From assembly GCF_035084215.1 (NCBI RefSeq), contig NC_090325.1, positions 102,982,001-103,046,000 on the forward strand: DNA of 64,000 nt, in the 5' to 3' direction. This DNA is from Heptranchias perlo. Its lineage: Eukaryota. Of this stretch, positions 12,601 to 25,229 are shown in pieces. A program made the translations under genes and the position numbers. The number at the start of each line of letters is the position of its first letter. Within the stretch, counting starts at the first letter, position 1. The notes below the pieces were generated by a model, which saw only the letters and a list, made by a program, of their open reading frames with translations, was not told the origin of the DNA and made no database searches.

Positions 12601-13950
12601 ACGATTTGCCTTTAACAAATTCGTGCGGGCTTTCCCTAATCAATCCACACTTGTTCAAGTGACTGCTGATTCTGTTCTGGATGATCATTTTTAAAAGTTT
12701 CCCCACCACCTGAGGTTAAACTGACTAGCCTGTACTTGCTGGGTTTATCCTTGCACCCTTTTTTGAACAAGGGTATAACATTTGCAATTCTCCAGTCCTC
12801 TGGTGCCACTCCGTTTGGAAGATTATGGTCAAAACCTCTGCAATTTCCACCCTTACTTCCCTCGGCAACCTAGGATGCATCCTATCCAGACCGGGTGACT
12901 TATCTATTTTAAGTACAGCCAGCCTTACTAGTACCTCCTTTATCAATTTTTCGCTCATCCCGCATCTCAACTACATCTTCCTTTTACTGAGACTCTGGCA
13001 GCACCTTCTTCCATGGTAAAGATGAATGCAAAGTACTCATTTAGAGCCTTGGCCATGCCCTCAGCCTCCATAAATAGATTTCCTTTTTGGTCCATAATCG
13101 GCCCCACCCCTCCTCTTACAACCTGCTTACTGTTACATACCTGTAGAAGACTTTTGGATTCCCTTTTATGTTGGCTGCCTATTCTCTATTCTTATATACT
13201 CACAGCCGTGTACTTTGTGAACAATTTTATTTTGCCTTTATTCCCCACATCACTTCCATTGTTGCTGACAAGGATTTTCCCACTGTTGTCTGTCCTCTCC
13301 TAGTGGTATGTATTTGTCCTGTACTTAGTGTATAATACTTCTAATCACAGTCCAGTTTTTTTCTCTGCTCATCCCCTCTGACCGTGATGTCAATTGGAAT
13401 TGTACTTTTTTTTCCACTGTAAGCCTCACCTCAAACTCCATGGCATATTGCAGTCAGTGTTGCCAAGGTGTCTGTGACATATTTAATATCAACCAGAATG
13501 ACAGAATATCAGGTCTAAAAGCACCCTTGCTTGTATGTTCCTTGACCAGTTGTTTTATGTAAGAATCCAGGATTGAGTCCAGGATCACATTTCACTCCTG
13601 TTGCATTCTTTTATGGATTTCCAAATATATCCCAGTTACCTATAACAACTTCATCTGTAAACACTCCCCTTTGACTACAAAATTCTTAATCTAATCCGTC
13701 CTCCTGACCCTAGTGCAGACACCCAAAGTTAGTTTCCTTCATTTTGTGTCTTATCCCTATTTATAGTTATATCTGCACCCAGACTAGATGGGGGTCTCTC
13801 TCATAACTTTCACATAGAAGACTACGCCCCAAACCACTTTTTAATTCCTTAATGTAATCTCTATCCCAGTATGTTTATCTAACCAGCTTGATGATCTTCA
13901 GTAGTTTTGTCTGTCCCTCTCTGACCAAAACCACCACCCAATCCAGAATC
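9670..13950 (-). mobile_element. Old CR1 LINE, split by a younger CR1 at ~11346-13200
   Basis: PQGSVQKPVLFIVYINDL (10302-10556) and KKLVRRAK..KGNVKYFQKYI (11220-11345). A very degraded upstream (endonuclease-side) part appears to resume after 13200; that distal boundary is uncertain. Confidence 0.65.
11346..13200 (-). mobile_element. CR1 LINE (RT domain to 3' UTR), frameshifted
   Basis: KSPGLDRMHPR, HEFVKGKSCLTNLIEFF, GVPQGSVLGPLLFLIYINDL, SKFADD, LVRPQLEYC. The 3' UTR is the same type as in 48728-51722 and 55090-58762. Confidence 0.93.
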
Positions 13951-14134
13951 ATCAGAGGTCAAGGGCAATCCCAAGCTTCACTTTGCCACACACTGTCTCT
14001 TGACCTACCTTGTCTGTGCCCTCCATCCTTGCCTCAGAGCTCATGGACTTCAAAGTTTCCAAAATTAAGGCTATCTGCTTGTCAACTCTCCAGTCAATTT
14101 TTATTCCTTTGTGGATAGTCTGACAGTGGTAACA

Positions 14135-14390
14135 AGTGAGTATTGGCAAACTATTTGGTTTTGGTGGTATCAGAGCCAAACTAAATCATGTATTCAGCTG
14201 ACATCCATATGCATGCACTTTCTAGGAGGAGTCACTGGACAGCAGCGTTGAAACCCTGGCTAAATTGATTCCCACCCCCTCCCTTTCCCTGCTACTTGCT
14301 TGGAGCAGAAGACAATTGTGGTGCCCCTACCACTGTCCCAGCTTGGATGTTTTCATATATTAAAATATAAAGAATCAAACGTATTCCAGG
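14135..14390 (-). repeat. Ancient SINE-like repeat (unnamed family), partial
   Basis: Collinear by eye with 47200-47450 and 54455-54765 (gacatccatatgcatgcac, caattgtggtgcccctaccactg). Confidence 0.5.
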
Positions 14391-15694
14391 CTCTCCATGA
14401 GTACAGGCACCCATATATCTTTTCCCCCAGTAAAACAGTGCAGATGACGTGCTTTGGTGCTGTTGTGATTTGAGGCAATGCCTCTGGTGCTTCTCACTAT
14501 TGCGATTTGTGTTCTGACTGCTTTCGGACCAATTGTGAAAAACTGAGGGGAGAGTGCAGAACTTTTAGTCTGAACACCAACAGCTGATCAGGTCATAGCT
14601 ACCCCCATTTATCATCACATTCAGTCCTGTTTTCTGTTCCTGATACAAGTCCCTAACAGACTCCCTTTACCCTCCCATGTTAATACCACCTGGACCACTG
14701 CAACTGGTGGGAGAAGGCTCATGTGAATTATGGACCAGTTGGGCCGAATGGCCTGTTTCTGTGCTGTACATTCTATGTAAATTTGTGCAACCATATAATC
14801 TGACCATATAATCAGATGGAAGAAAAAAGATCGGGCACAGGAAATTCACTTTTCTATCTAAACTGATCTTGAATTTGTGCTGTTAATGACTGTGGCTGTG
14901 CACTGGGATATAATGCTGGCCATTTAGGGTATCTAATGACACTTACAAAGGTGTACTTTTAATAAGGAGCTGAAGGAGCCAGATCCACATAAGTAGCAGA
15001 ATTTATTCCCAAAGTGTTAAATATTCTGAATTTGCATTTCATTGCTGGGGTCAGAAATGTTTGATACAAATTTGATACAATGAGATTTTCTGGGGGGAAT
15101 AAAACTGAAAATTGAATCCCGGAAAATCTCATGACATTCTTTGAATTTAAAATTGATGCTATTTATGTTTATATAGTGCAGTCTTATGATTTGGCCATTG
15201 TGATATGTTGAAGTCCTTCTGTACCATAGAAGTTCAATGGAGTCACCGATTGACTAAGCTTATTATGCTGCATTGGTAATCTACCTCTTCAAACTTGCCA
15301 TGTATGATAAGATGTGGTATAACTTGTAGCCAAATAAATCATTTAATTGTTTAAGCTAACATCTAACTTCTGTGTCCAGTACCTATAGATGAAGTTTCTT
15401 AATAAGTGACTGACAAGGGTACTGAAAGTACTTGGACTGGTATAGGGAATGATGTAGTGAATCATGTTACATCTGTTCCTGTACATTAACAGAAAAGCCG
15501 CATGTAAACACCCAGCTGCAACTCTTGTCTAATGCATTTTTAGTGAACACGTAGCGCTGTTCATTTGATTGAGTTCATTTGGTGGATGAAAGAGTGTTTC
15601 ACTTGCATATTAATAGTGAATATGCTGCTTGCAATCCTTGCACGTAATAGCATTTTAATTACTTTCACTGCTACTATAAAAGAACATTCATATG

Positions 15695-18040
15695 AAGATA
15701 TCAAATTGATGGGCAGGAAAAGACCAGCTGCTCCATCAAGCCTGCCCCACACCATGATGGCCTGACCATCATGGTTAAACACTTCTTCCCTCCCCTGACC
15801 AACACACCTCCCGCCCCCCTCTTCACACACACCCCCACAGCCATGTAATCCCCTGGGAGAGGCAAAAATCAGAAAAAAACCAGGGCCAATGAGGGAAAAA
15901 AATACTGTAAAACTCCTTTCCGACCCCCTCTGGCGATCGAAACCGTCCAGGAGATAACATGGACCAAGTATTATCTATAAAGACACTTCCCTTCTACATG
16001 ATGCGATTTCTGCCCCAGTCAGGAACCTCTTGAAGGCAGAGAGTCAGCACCTACCACACCAGCCGGCAATGTATTCCAGAGGCTCACAATTCTCTGGGAA
16101 AAGAAGAACTACATAATATCCAATTTATTCCTACTCTTCCATAGTTTAAACTTGTGTCCCCTGGTTCTCCCCAACCTGTTAAACTGGAATAATCTATCAA
16201 TAGGGATGCTATCCAGCCCTTTAATTATTTTATAGACCTATCAGGTTACCTTTAAGTTTACGCTGCACTAAGGTAAATAAGAACATAAGAAATAGGAGCA
16301 GGAGTAGGCCAATCGGCCCCTCGAGCCTGCTCCGCCATTCAATAAGATCATGGCTGATCTGATCCTAACCTCAAATCTAAATTATGTCCAATTTCCTGTC
16401 CGCTCCCCGTAACCCCTAATTCCTTTTACTTCTAGGAAACTGTCTATTTCTGTTTTAAATTTATTTAATGATGTAGCTTCCACAGCTTCCTGGGGCAGCA
16501 AATTCCACAGACCTGCTACCCTCTGAGTGAAGAAGTTTCTCCTCATCTCAGTTTTGAAAGAGCAGCCCCTTATTCTAAGATTATGTCCCCTAGTTCTAGT
16601 TTCACCCATCCTTGGGAACATCCTTACCGCATCCACCCGATCAATCCCCTTCACAATCTTATATGTTTCAATAAGATCGCCTCTCATTCTTCTGAACCCC
16701 AATGAGTGGAGTCCCAATCTACTCAACCTCTCCTCATATGTCCGCCCCCTCATCCCCGGGATTAACCGAATGAACCTTCTTTGTACTGCCTCGAGAGCAA
16801 GTATGTCTTTTCTTAAGTATGGACACCAAAACTGTATGCAGTATTCCAGGTGCGGTCTCACCAATACCTTATATAACTGCAGCAATACCTCCCTGTTTTT
16901 ATATTCTATCCCCCTAGCAATAAAAGCCAACATTCCGTTGGCCTTCTTGATCACCTGCTGCACCTGCATACTAACTTTTTGATTTTCTTGCACTAGGACC
17001 CCCAGATCCCTTTGGACCAAGGTTCCTGAGCCTATCTGAGTAGCTGAGGTTCTTGAAGCTAGGAATCATTCTTGTAGCTCTCCTCTGGACCTTTTCCAAG
17101 GCCGTTATATCACCCACCGTGTGGGGGGGGGGTCCAAAACTTGGGCACAGTACTCCAGATGCGGTCTGACCAGCGACCTGTTGTATAGTGTCAAAATGTG
17201 TCCTTTGATTTATACTGAGTGGTTCTATTAATATAACCCAATACCTTGTTAGCTTTAGTTACAGTGTCTCTACATTGGCCATGAACCTTTTATGATCTGT
17301 GCACAATAACACCAAGATCTTTTTCTCTCTCAACCTCTTTCAGTATTGTTCCCTGCAAATGATACATGTATTCTGTGTTGGCCCTACCAATGTGCATGAT
17401 ACTACATTTATCTAAATTAAACTCCATTTGCCAATGAGCGGCCCACTCTCCTAGCACATCTAAATTTTTTTGGCTTCGATTGTACTCCTCCACCATCTTA
17501 ACCCTTGCACAGATTTTGGTGTCATCTGCAAACTTACTTACCATACACCTAACACCACTGTCCAGGTCATTAATAACGACAGTCAAGAGTAGCGGGCCTA
17601 GACCCGATCCCTGGGGGACACCACTGGTAACATGTCTCCAAGCTGAACAGCATCTGTTAACTACAACTTTTTGGTTGTGGGATTGGAGCCAATTCCTAAT
17701 CCAGCTTGTCAGGTTTCTGCTGATACAGCAAGATTCTATCTTCTGAGGTATCTTTCAAAGGATTTCTGAAAGTCCAGGTAGGCAATGTCTACTGGATTAC
17801 CCTCATCCACTGCCCTAGTAACTTCCTCAAAAAACTCTATCAAATTTGTTAGGCACCACCTATTTTTTTGGAAGCCGTGGTGTGTATTTCTAATGGCCGC
17901 TTCCCTGTCCCAGTGATCATAAAGGGCGTCTCTTAAAATCCCTTCCAGCATCTTCCCAATAATTAATGTCAGGCTGATGGGCTTGTAGTTCCCCAGCTCT
18001 GATTTGTCCCCATTTTTGAAGATAGGAATTACATGAGCTA
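15695..18040 (-). mobile_element. CR1 LINE host, interrupted at 16278-17013
   Basis: HGFQKNRWCLTNLIEFFEEV, SKFADDTK, WQMEFNLDKC, DLGVIV. Its 3' portion continues at 15695-16277. Confidence 0.85.
16278..17013 (-). mobile_element. Young CR1 (GTTCTTAT tail), copy 2, nested in an older CR1
   Basis: Uninterrupted ~210-codon ORF2 end (16382-17020), with 3' UTR and a taagaacataagaa tail. Confidence 0.93.
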
Positions 18041-18170
18041 GTTAAATTTGGGTGGCATTAATGTGTGTTTTTTGTATAAATAACATTTCATAATTGTGCA
18101 GCAGTCCAATGTTTGGATTTGGAAAGTCCTACAATAATGAGTACACTTGGAAGATTTCTATGACTTAACG

Positions 18171-18935
18171 GGCCGGATTTTGCTCTAAGCGGCAAGCGAA
18201 CAAACGGCGCCTGCCGCTCATTAGACTTGGATATTCCGATAGACATTTCATGGGCTTTTGGACTGCAGGTTCATCTTAACGGGTCCTCAGTCCAGTGCGG
18301 CGCTCTCTATAGGGCATCTGGGACCTGTGTGAACAGGGCAAGCTGCTGTGTATCCCCATAACCAATCAAATAGCATTGTTAATAAGCAGAGCAGGCACAG
18401 AACCAGGAAGTGTAAGTTAGAATAGTAAATTCAATGTAAAATCAGTTATAGAAAGTGAAATAAAGAGAGGGTAGGAAATATTGAATTAAAAGACAGATAA
18501 GAGACAAAGAAAAAGTAAAAAATAAAAATGTTAATTCTTTTTAAATGTGCAAATGTAAAGGAATGAGACTCCACACTTGTAAAAGTACATTTTCAGTGCC
18601 GGAGAGATCGTTTGGCAGTAATTAAGACATATGCTGCTAAAATTTTGGTTACACTTTTTAATAAAAAACTTGGTGTATCTTTTTCTGATGAGATTACTTC
18701 GTTTCCATCAGGACTGAAGAGGAACTTCACGCCATTGCAGTCATTTCAATGTTGTCAGCCAGCAAGACCTCCTTCTCACAAAGCTTCTGAAGGAGCAGGG
18801 GCATCTGGTAGTGGAACTTCCGGATTTCTGTGTTTAACTGCGCATGTGCTGTCGCCGGAAGTTCCTCTACCATTTGCACTGAAAAAGCGATGAGCCCTGT
18901 TAGGCCCGCTGTTATTTTTAGAGCAAAATCTGGCC
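18171..18935. mobile_element. Non-autonomous DNA transposon/MITE with 18-bp TIRs (PIF/Harbinger-like termini, tentative)
   Basis: GGCCGGATTTTGCTCTAA (18171-18188) versus the reverse complement of 18918-18935, GGCCAGATTTTGCTCTAA: 17/18 match. CpG-richer ends, no transposase ORF, TSD unresolved. Confidence 0.75.
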
Positions 18936-19104
18936 TTATATATTTTGAGCCAGTGGTGAAGACTCTACTAGCCAGTAACCATTTTTTGTAATAACGTCAT
19001 AAAAGTTCTTGATACATCAATCCAGCTAGAATAGGAATACACAGTGTTTTAATTTCCTGAAACATTCCCAAGGGGGAATCAGTATTATATGGAGATTATT
19101 TAAA

Positions 19105-19450
19105 GAAAGGATAAATTTGAATTTATATAGCACCATTCACGCCTTCTGGGCATCCCAAAGTGCCTTATTGTCACTGAATTACTTTTTGAAGTGTAGCCAC
19201 AATGCAATACAGATACACTTGTCAGCTAGTTTGCGCACAGCCAGGTCCCATAAATGACAGTGATACAGATGACCAGATAATCTGTTTGTGCTGTTGGTTG
19301 AGAAATAAATGTTGGTCAGGACACTGAGAATTCCCATACTCCTCTTTGAATATTGCTGTGGAATCTTGTACATCCACCTGCAAGGCCACATAGGGCCTCA
19401 TTTTAACATCTTATCTGAAATACAGCACCTCCAACAGAACTGCACTGAAG
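19105..19450 (-). mobile_element. DeuSINE-like (SacSINE1/AmnSINE-related) SINE
   Basis: Reverse complement is collinear with 44298-44750; L2-type tail (gctatataaat). Confidence 0.75.
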
Positions 19451-20728
19451 TGTGTATGAAAACTGGGAGCAGCAAACCCATAAACGTTATAAGGAACAAA
19501 TCTGTAACCTCTTCATTTCAAATTCTTATCAAAGAAACATCTGGGTGTTATCAGTTCATGTTGAGGCAAGTACTAGATGTCCTAAATTTGGCCCACTATC
19601 TATTTTGTATCAACTGCTCCAAGTTATATCAATATTTACAGTACTGCTCCCCATTAGGATATATGTAAGTTACTGACTGAGTTAGCCTCTTCTTGCCAAA
19701 GTCATCAGAGGCAGCCAGGCCATGAAATATTTAACTAATTTTTTTATTGACACTTTGAATTTAAAAATCAAACAGTAAATCTACGCACAGTATGTAATTA
19801 ACTGATGGAATTAATAAATTTAACGTTACAAAGGCAGTTTAAGTGTTTCACTGCAACGCAGCATCAGTTTAGCCCTACTTATTACAAGTTCATAGTGTGC
19901 TCAACGTCCAAGATTGACAGTCAGAAAGGATAGTTTAGATTAGGCTCCATGTATAGCTAACAAGTCAACAGCTCTAAATAGCCAGTCTGTTGGATATAGT
20001 AAAAGCCTAGTTAGGCCAGCTTATTGCTGATGAGCTTGCAGCTTTAGCAAAGATTCCAGAAGGTTATAAAACCTTCTTCTCCTGAGTCAACATAGCAGCA
20101 TTGATTCTCTCGTGTTCCTCTGGGATGATTGTGCCCATCTCAGGGACTTAGACGCGATGAATCTCCATCTGTCCGCAGAGTGGTTCTTCCTTGTTCTGAT
20201 GACTGCTCTCCCTTTGTAGAACTAACCTTGCTTTTGTTTTCAGGAACTTAACTCTTTACCAGTCTACACCAAATTATTTATCTATCTCTGGCTAGTAGAG
20301 TTCTTAAATTTAAAGTCTTTCTGAACTCTTGTAACCTCCCTCTGTCAAAAGGTTTCTATCCATCTAACTCTCCCTCTCCCCCTCTTTTTATACATTTTAA
20401 TTCCCAAAATAAATTCCTTTGATACTTTTCAAACCAAACTCTGCTTTGATGCACTTTGTTGTGCGGGTTCCATTATTTAGCGATATCTTTAGTGATATGT
20501 ACTTGAGAAAAGCCAGATCTGCCCATTAGTTGCAAAAAAAAAATATTTTTTTTCACTTTAAATAATAGTGGTAAGACAATCCAAATAAGGATTTGATCAT
20601 TCTCTGGTTTAGGTGTGAAAACTTTTTACTTTGTGTAGCCTAAAATAATGGAGCAAGATAAGGACGGCTGTCCTTTAGGTTATCTTACACAGACAACATA
20701 ACCCTCTATTCAGCCTAGAAAAGTCTTG

Positions 20729-20946
20729 ATGTGGAGATGCCGGTGATGGACTGGGGTTGACAATTGTAAACAATTTTACAACACCAAGTTATAGTCCAGC
20801 AATTTTATTTTAAATTCACAAGCTTTCGGAGACTTCCTCCTTCCTCAGGTAAATGTTTACCTGAGGAAGGAGGAAGTCTCCGAAAGCTTGTGAATTTAAA
20901 ATAAAATTGCTGGACTATAACTTGGTGTTGTAAAATTGTTTACAAT
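20729..20946 (-). mobile_element. Penelope-like element remnant: inverted pseudo-LTR pair plus 34-nt tail
   Basis: Perfect inverted repeat 20763-20853 / 20856-20946, an unpaired 34-nt extension at 20729-20762, and the direct repeat TAGAAAAGTCTTG at 20716-20728 and 20946-20958. Each arm holds a CTGANGA...GAAA core. Confidence 0.85.
20856..20894 (+). ncRNA. Minimal type-I hammerhead ribozyme motif (mirror copy on - strand at 20815-20853)
   Basis: Stem I UUUAC/GUGAA, core CUGAGGA (20861-20867), one extra A, stem II GGAG-gaagu-CUCC, GAAA (20882-20885), self-complementary AGCU in place of stem III, then U17. Activity is not demonstrated. Confidence 0.65.
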
Positions 20947-21049
20947 AGAAAAGTCTTGGTGTAGACAGTTCTGGCCACTGGGAATTGGGTGCTAGCTGCA
21001 AAAGATCATTTATCCTCCTTGGTTACCCATAGCTCTTGGCATTAACTCT

Positions 21050-21215
21050 TGTTTTCCCAGAGTTCAGCAGGATTGTTGCAAATGCCATTTTTAGGACACC
21101 TCGGCATTTTTAGCACACTTTTACTGCAAATGTCAGCCTAGATTATGTGATCTGCAGTAGGGCTTGAATCCACAACCTTCGGACTGAGAGGCTATAGTAC
21201 CAGTGCTCCAAGGCT
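21050..21215 (-). mobile_element. DeuSINE-like SINE, 5' (tRNA head) fragment
   Basis: tgtcagcctagattatgtg...gggcttgaatccacaaccttcggactgagag is the reverse complement of the head of 44298-44750. Confidence 0.6.
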
Positions 21216-21369
21216 AGCAGTAATTGAGTTACTGTTAACTACTGTTATCCTACTGTTTGTCTACTTTGAGGCATTCAACATGATGGGATTTGAATTATAT
21301 CTTAAAGTATTGCAGGATTCATGAGGTGCCCAAATATTTACCTGAAAAATAAATCCTTTTGACATGACA

Positions 21370-21990
21370 AGTTATGGAAGAGAAATGCCTTTTTAGCCCA
21401 TTCTCCCATGCCCATCCAGGACAAACCTTGCAGCTCCTCCCCCATCACAGTATTAAACTGTTTATTGATTGATTCCAGGGCTTTACCAGTGCTACCCTCT
21501 CCCAAAGTCCATTCCATGTATTAAACACTGTAAAGAACTTCCTGACATCAATCAATTTACTGTTTTAGTTTGAACTTATACACCTTTGTCCTAATGTCAT
21601 GGTTTAACTTGAAATAGTGTTCTGGATTCACTGTTTCAGCACCACTTACCGTCTTATACCTTTGACGTCCCTTCTTAGTCACCTCCTTTTGAGGCTGAAG
21701 AACCCAGGTTTTTCCAGTGATTTCCTTGATTCCTAATGACTCTTGCTAAGAATCATATTTGTGGTATTTTCATGGCTGCTTCCAAGGTTTGAATGTCTCG
21801 CTTGTGTGTTAATCAAAACTGTACAGTATTTGAGCTGCAGTCTGACCAGACTGCTTTACCATTTTAGCATGCCTTCCTTTGATGCGTGCTCTACTGATTA
21901 GGCTAATGTAGTTCCGACTTCTTTGTTGCTGTACGGTGATTGGACATATTGACTCCCTTTGACCTCTCGACTTGGTTATTTCAACCATAC
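21370..21990 (-). mobile_element. Old CR1 3' fragment
   Basis: Antisense CR1 hallmarks (caaaactgtacagtatttgagctgcagtctgacc, ccattccatgtattaaacact); heavily degraded. Confidence 0.6.
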
Positions 21991-22054
21991 AAAGGTTGGG
22001 AATTAAATTTGTTGCTTTGAAGTCTGAAGTCCAATTAAGAATGGGACTTAAGAC

Positions 22055-22745
22055 TACAACAGCTTGCATTTATATAGCGCCTTTGACATAGTAAAACATT
22101 CTAAGACGCTTCTCAGGAGCATTATTAAACAAAATTTGACACTGAGCCCCTCAAGGAGATATTGGGACAGGAGACCAAAAGCTTGGTCAAAGAGGTAGGT
22201 TTAAGGAGCATCTTAAAGGAGGAGAGAATTAGAGAGGTTTAGGTAGGGCCTTGGTAGCTGAAGGTATGGCCGCCAATGATGGATCGATTAAAATCGCCGA
22301 TGTGCAAGAGGCAAGAATTGGAGGAGCACAGAGATCTCGGAGGGTTATAGGACTGGAGGAGGTTGCAGAGATATGCGGGGCGAGGCCATGGAGGGATTTG
22401 AAAACAAGGATGATTGTTTTAAAATCGAGATGCTCCTGGACTGGGAACCAATGTAGGTCAGCGAGCACAAGGGTGATGGATGAACGGGACTTGGTGCGAG
22501 TTAGGGTCTGGGCAGAAGAGTTTTGGTTGAACTCAAGTTTATAAAGGGTGGACGATGGGAGGCCAGCCAGGAGAGCATTGGAATGGTCAAGTCTAGAGGT
22601 AACAAAGGCATGGATGAGGGTTTCAGCAAGATGAGCTGAGGCAGGGGCGGAGATGGAGGTGGAAGTAGGTGGTCTTGGTGATGGAGCGGATATGTGGTCG
22701 GAAGCTCATCTCCGGGTCAAATAGGACGCCAAGGTTGCAAACAGC
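22055..22745 (-). mobile_element. L2 LINE 3' fragment
   Basis: MLADLHWFPVQEHLDFKTIILVFKSLHGLAP is the L2 ORF2 C-terminus. On the minus strand it ends gcgctatataaatgcaagctgttg. Confidence 0.9.
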
Positions 22746-22992
22746 ATGAGCAAGCCAGTTTGTTTTTGCCCGTTAGATTAAAGAGTGACTTAAATGGTCT
22801 CATTTTTGATGGAAAATCCATACAGCATTTTACAAAGTTATGATGTCAAGTAATAACTTGCTAATAAACTGAAAATCTGTTGAAATATTATACCCATTAT
22901 TTGTCTTATCACCAATATGACTGAAGGAGCAGATTTGAAGAACTTCAATAGCTTGGTAAACCTATATTAAGGTAACTAGAAGTAAAATGTAA

Positions 22993-23361
<369 letters not shown>

Positions 23362-25229
23362 TAATTGATGTGAAATTGGTTATGTAAATGTAGGGGCTAC
23401 GCCTGGTAATTTAAAGCTTTTTTTTTGCACAAAAGAAATTCGAATTATCCAGTGATGTGAATTAACTGACTTTGATTTAAGAGTAAATTATATTTAACTG
23501 ACTTGCCAGTGACACCAATTAGACAACGGGAGGTAATTGAGAACGTGGGAGGAGGAAATAAATTGTGTTCTATACATTAGCATGGTTTGGGTGTAATGTA
23601 TTATTCGAGTGCTTTGTGATGGCCTTTTATTCAACAAGTCCACTGAACCATGGACCACATTGTAGTTTCTTGGAGTACATCAGCATTCAAGTTGCATAGA
23701 CATTGAATTTAATCTACTTCATCTCTGAAAAGTGTGTCTCCTTCCATTTATCTCTTTCCCTATTCCCTCTGCACTTGGCAACTCATCCTGGCAGCTGGTC
23801 AAGATTATAATGCCAGTTATAAGTGAACATTATGTACTGTTCCAGTAGCGCATCAGTTTATGAAACAGCAATAAAGATGGACTCGATAATTAAGAATAAG
23901 GAAGGCATTTGGTCCATGTTAATTCATCCATCCAGAGGTGCCCTACAGTTTCTCCCCCCACCACCCCCCAAATTAGTGTCCAATTATTTAATTGATTGAT
24001 TGAAGTAAAAAAAATTCTGGCAGGTGCTCCAAGTTAACATTAAACTTTTCTCTTCTTTCTCTTCTCTTTTTCACTTGTTCTCTTGCTCTCTTTCTTACTT
24101 TTCCTCCTCTAACAAGTTCCACTTTCTTGAAATTAAGAAGGTGCCCTAAGGAGAATAATTACAGTTAATAGTTGACTGTCCTGATACTGATGTGCCTGTG
24201 GCACCTTTTGGAGTACCAGTAGGGCCACAAACTGTTTCATACCTTGAAGTAGTATAGCTTAGCAGCAGCTGTTGTTCAATCTTGTGGTGAATATTTTTGC
24301 CCTGATTGAAAACTGCTGCATATTGTATTGGTGTTTTTTTAAAAAAAATGCCACCTGCATTTCAAAATATCATAATTTGCTACAATTTTAACTTAAAACT
24401 TTACTACCACCTGTTCCTTGAAAGACATCTGTTAAAGAAGGAAAGGAAAAACTAAAAAGCCAACTGCACTGTTTGATCTCATTCCCTGTTTACGCTGCTT
24501 TGCTGATGCAGGACTGAATCTACTAAAGATTGTCCTCCAGAGTGAATGTGGCAATGACAAATAGCTTTCTTTGCCAATATGTGAAGTTACTGTAAAGGTT
24601 CCATATTGATACAGCCAGTGTTGTTTAAACAATGGCCTGGCCAATGATCAAGTGAACCTTTGTTTCTCTTGTCCCCAGGACAATTATTTATCTGCTGTTA
24701 GATGCAGAATACTGAATACCTTTTTTAACTGGCTTCCTATTTTTGCTTAGTGAAACTACCCATTAAGGACACAGTAACTTTTGTCTGAAAACTTGTATAA
24801 CAATTGGGTCATAAAAAGAACTGAGTTAGCAATGAGAGTGAACCAGAATTGAGCAACTCCAGTAATTAAACTATTCTTGTGTTTTTCCCCCATATATTTG
24901 AATGTACAATAAACTAACCTGTGATTTCCTGATTTTAAATTCTGTACCTCGAAGCGTGTGTTACTTGTATACAGTCAGGGTTTTAAGTATTTAATTTATC
25001 ATACAACAAACATGTTAAATTTCAAATTTGTTGGCAGTGGGGGTGTGCTGTTTTTAGAAAAAAAAACTTGGCGGCACAGTGGAGACATAATAAAATTTTG
25101 CGACTACTGTGCATGGGGTTGAGGCATGGATTTAATCCCCTGCAGACTCCATTGAGTTGCTGGTCTCTGCTGCCTTTCTATGTGGAATCATACAATACTT
25201 CAAAGAATAATGGACTTGTGAAGGTTTGA

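Noticed and set aside
20027-20200. CTGATGA motifs as a second hammerhead or a C/D snoRNA
   Set aside because: No GAAA follows a stem II, and no terminal stem with well-spaced C and D boxes is evident.
20763-20946. Palindrome as a pre-miRNA, a MITE or an assembly fold-back
   Set aside because: A 13-bp flanking duplication, a one-sided 34-nt tail and the hammerhead core fit a Penelope-like insertion better. An artefact would not be expected to create the duplication, though reads should confirm this.
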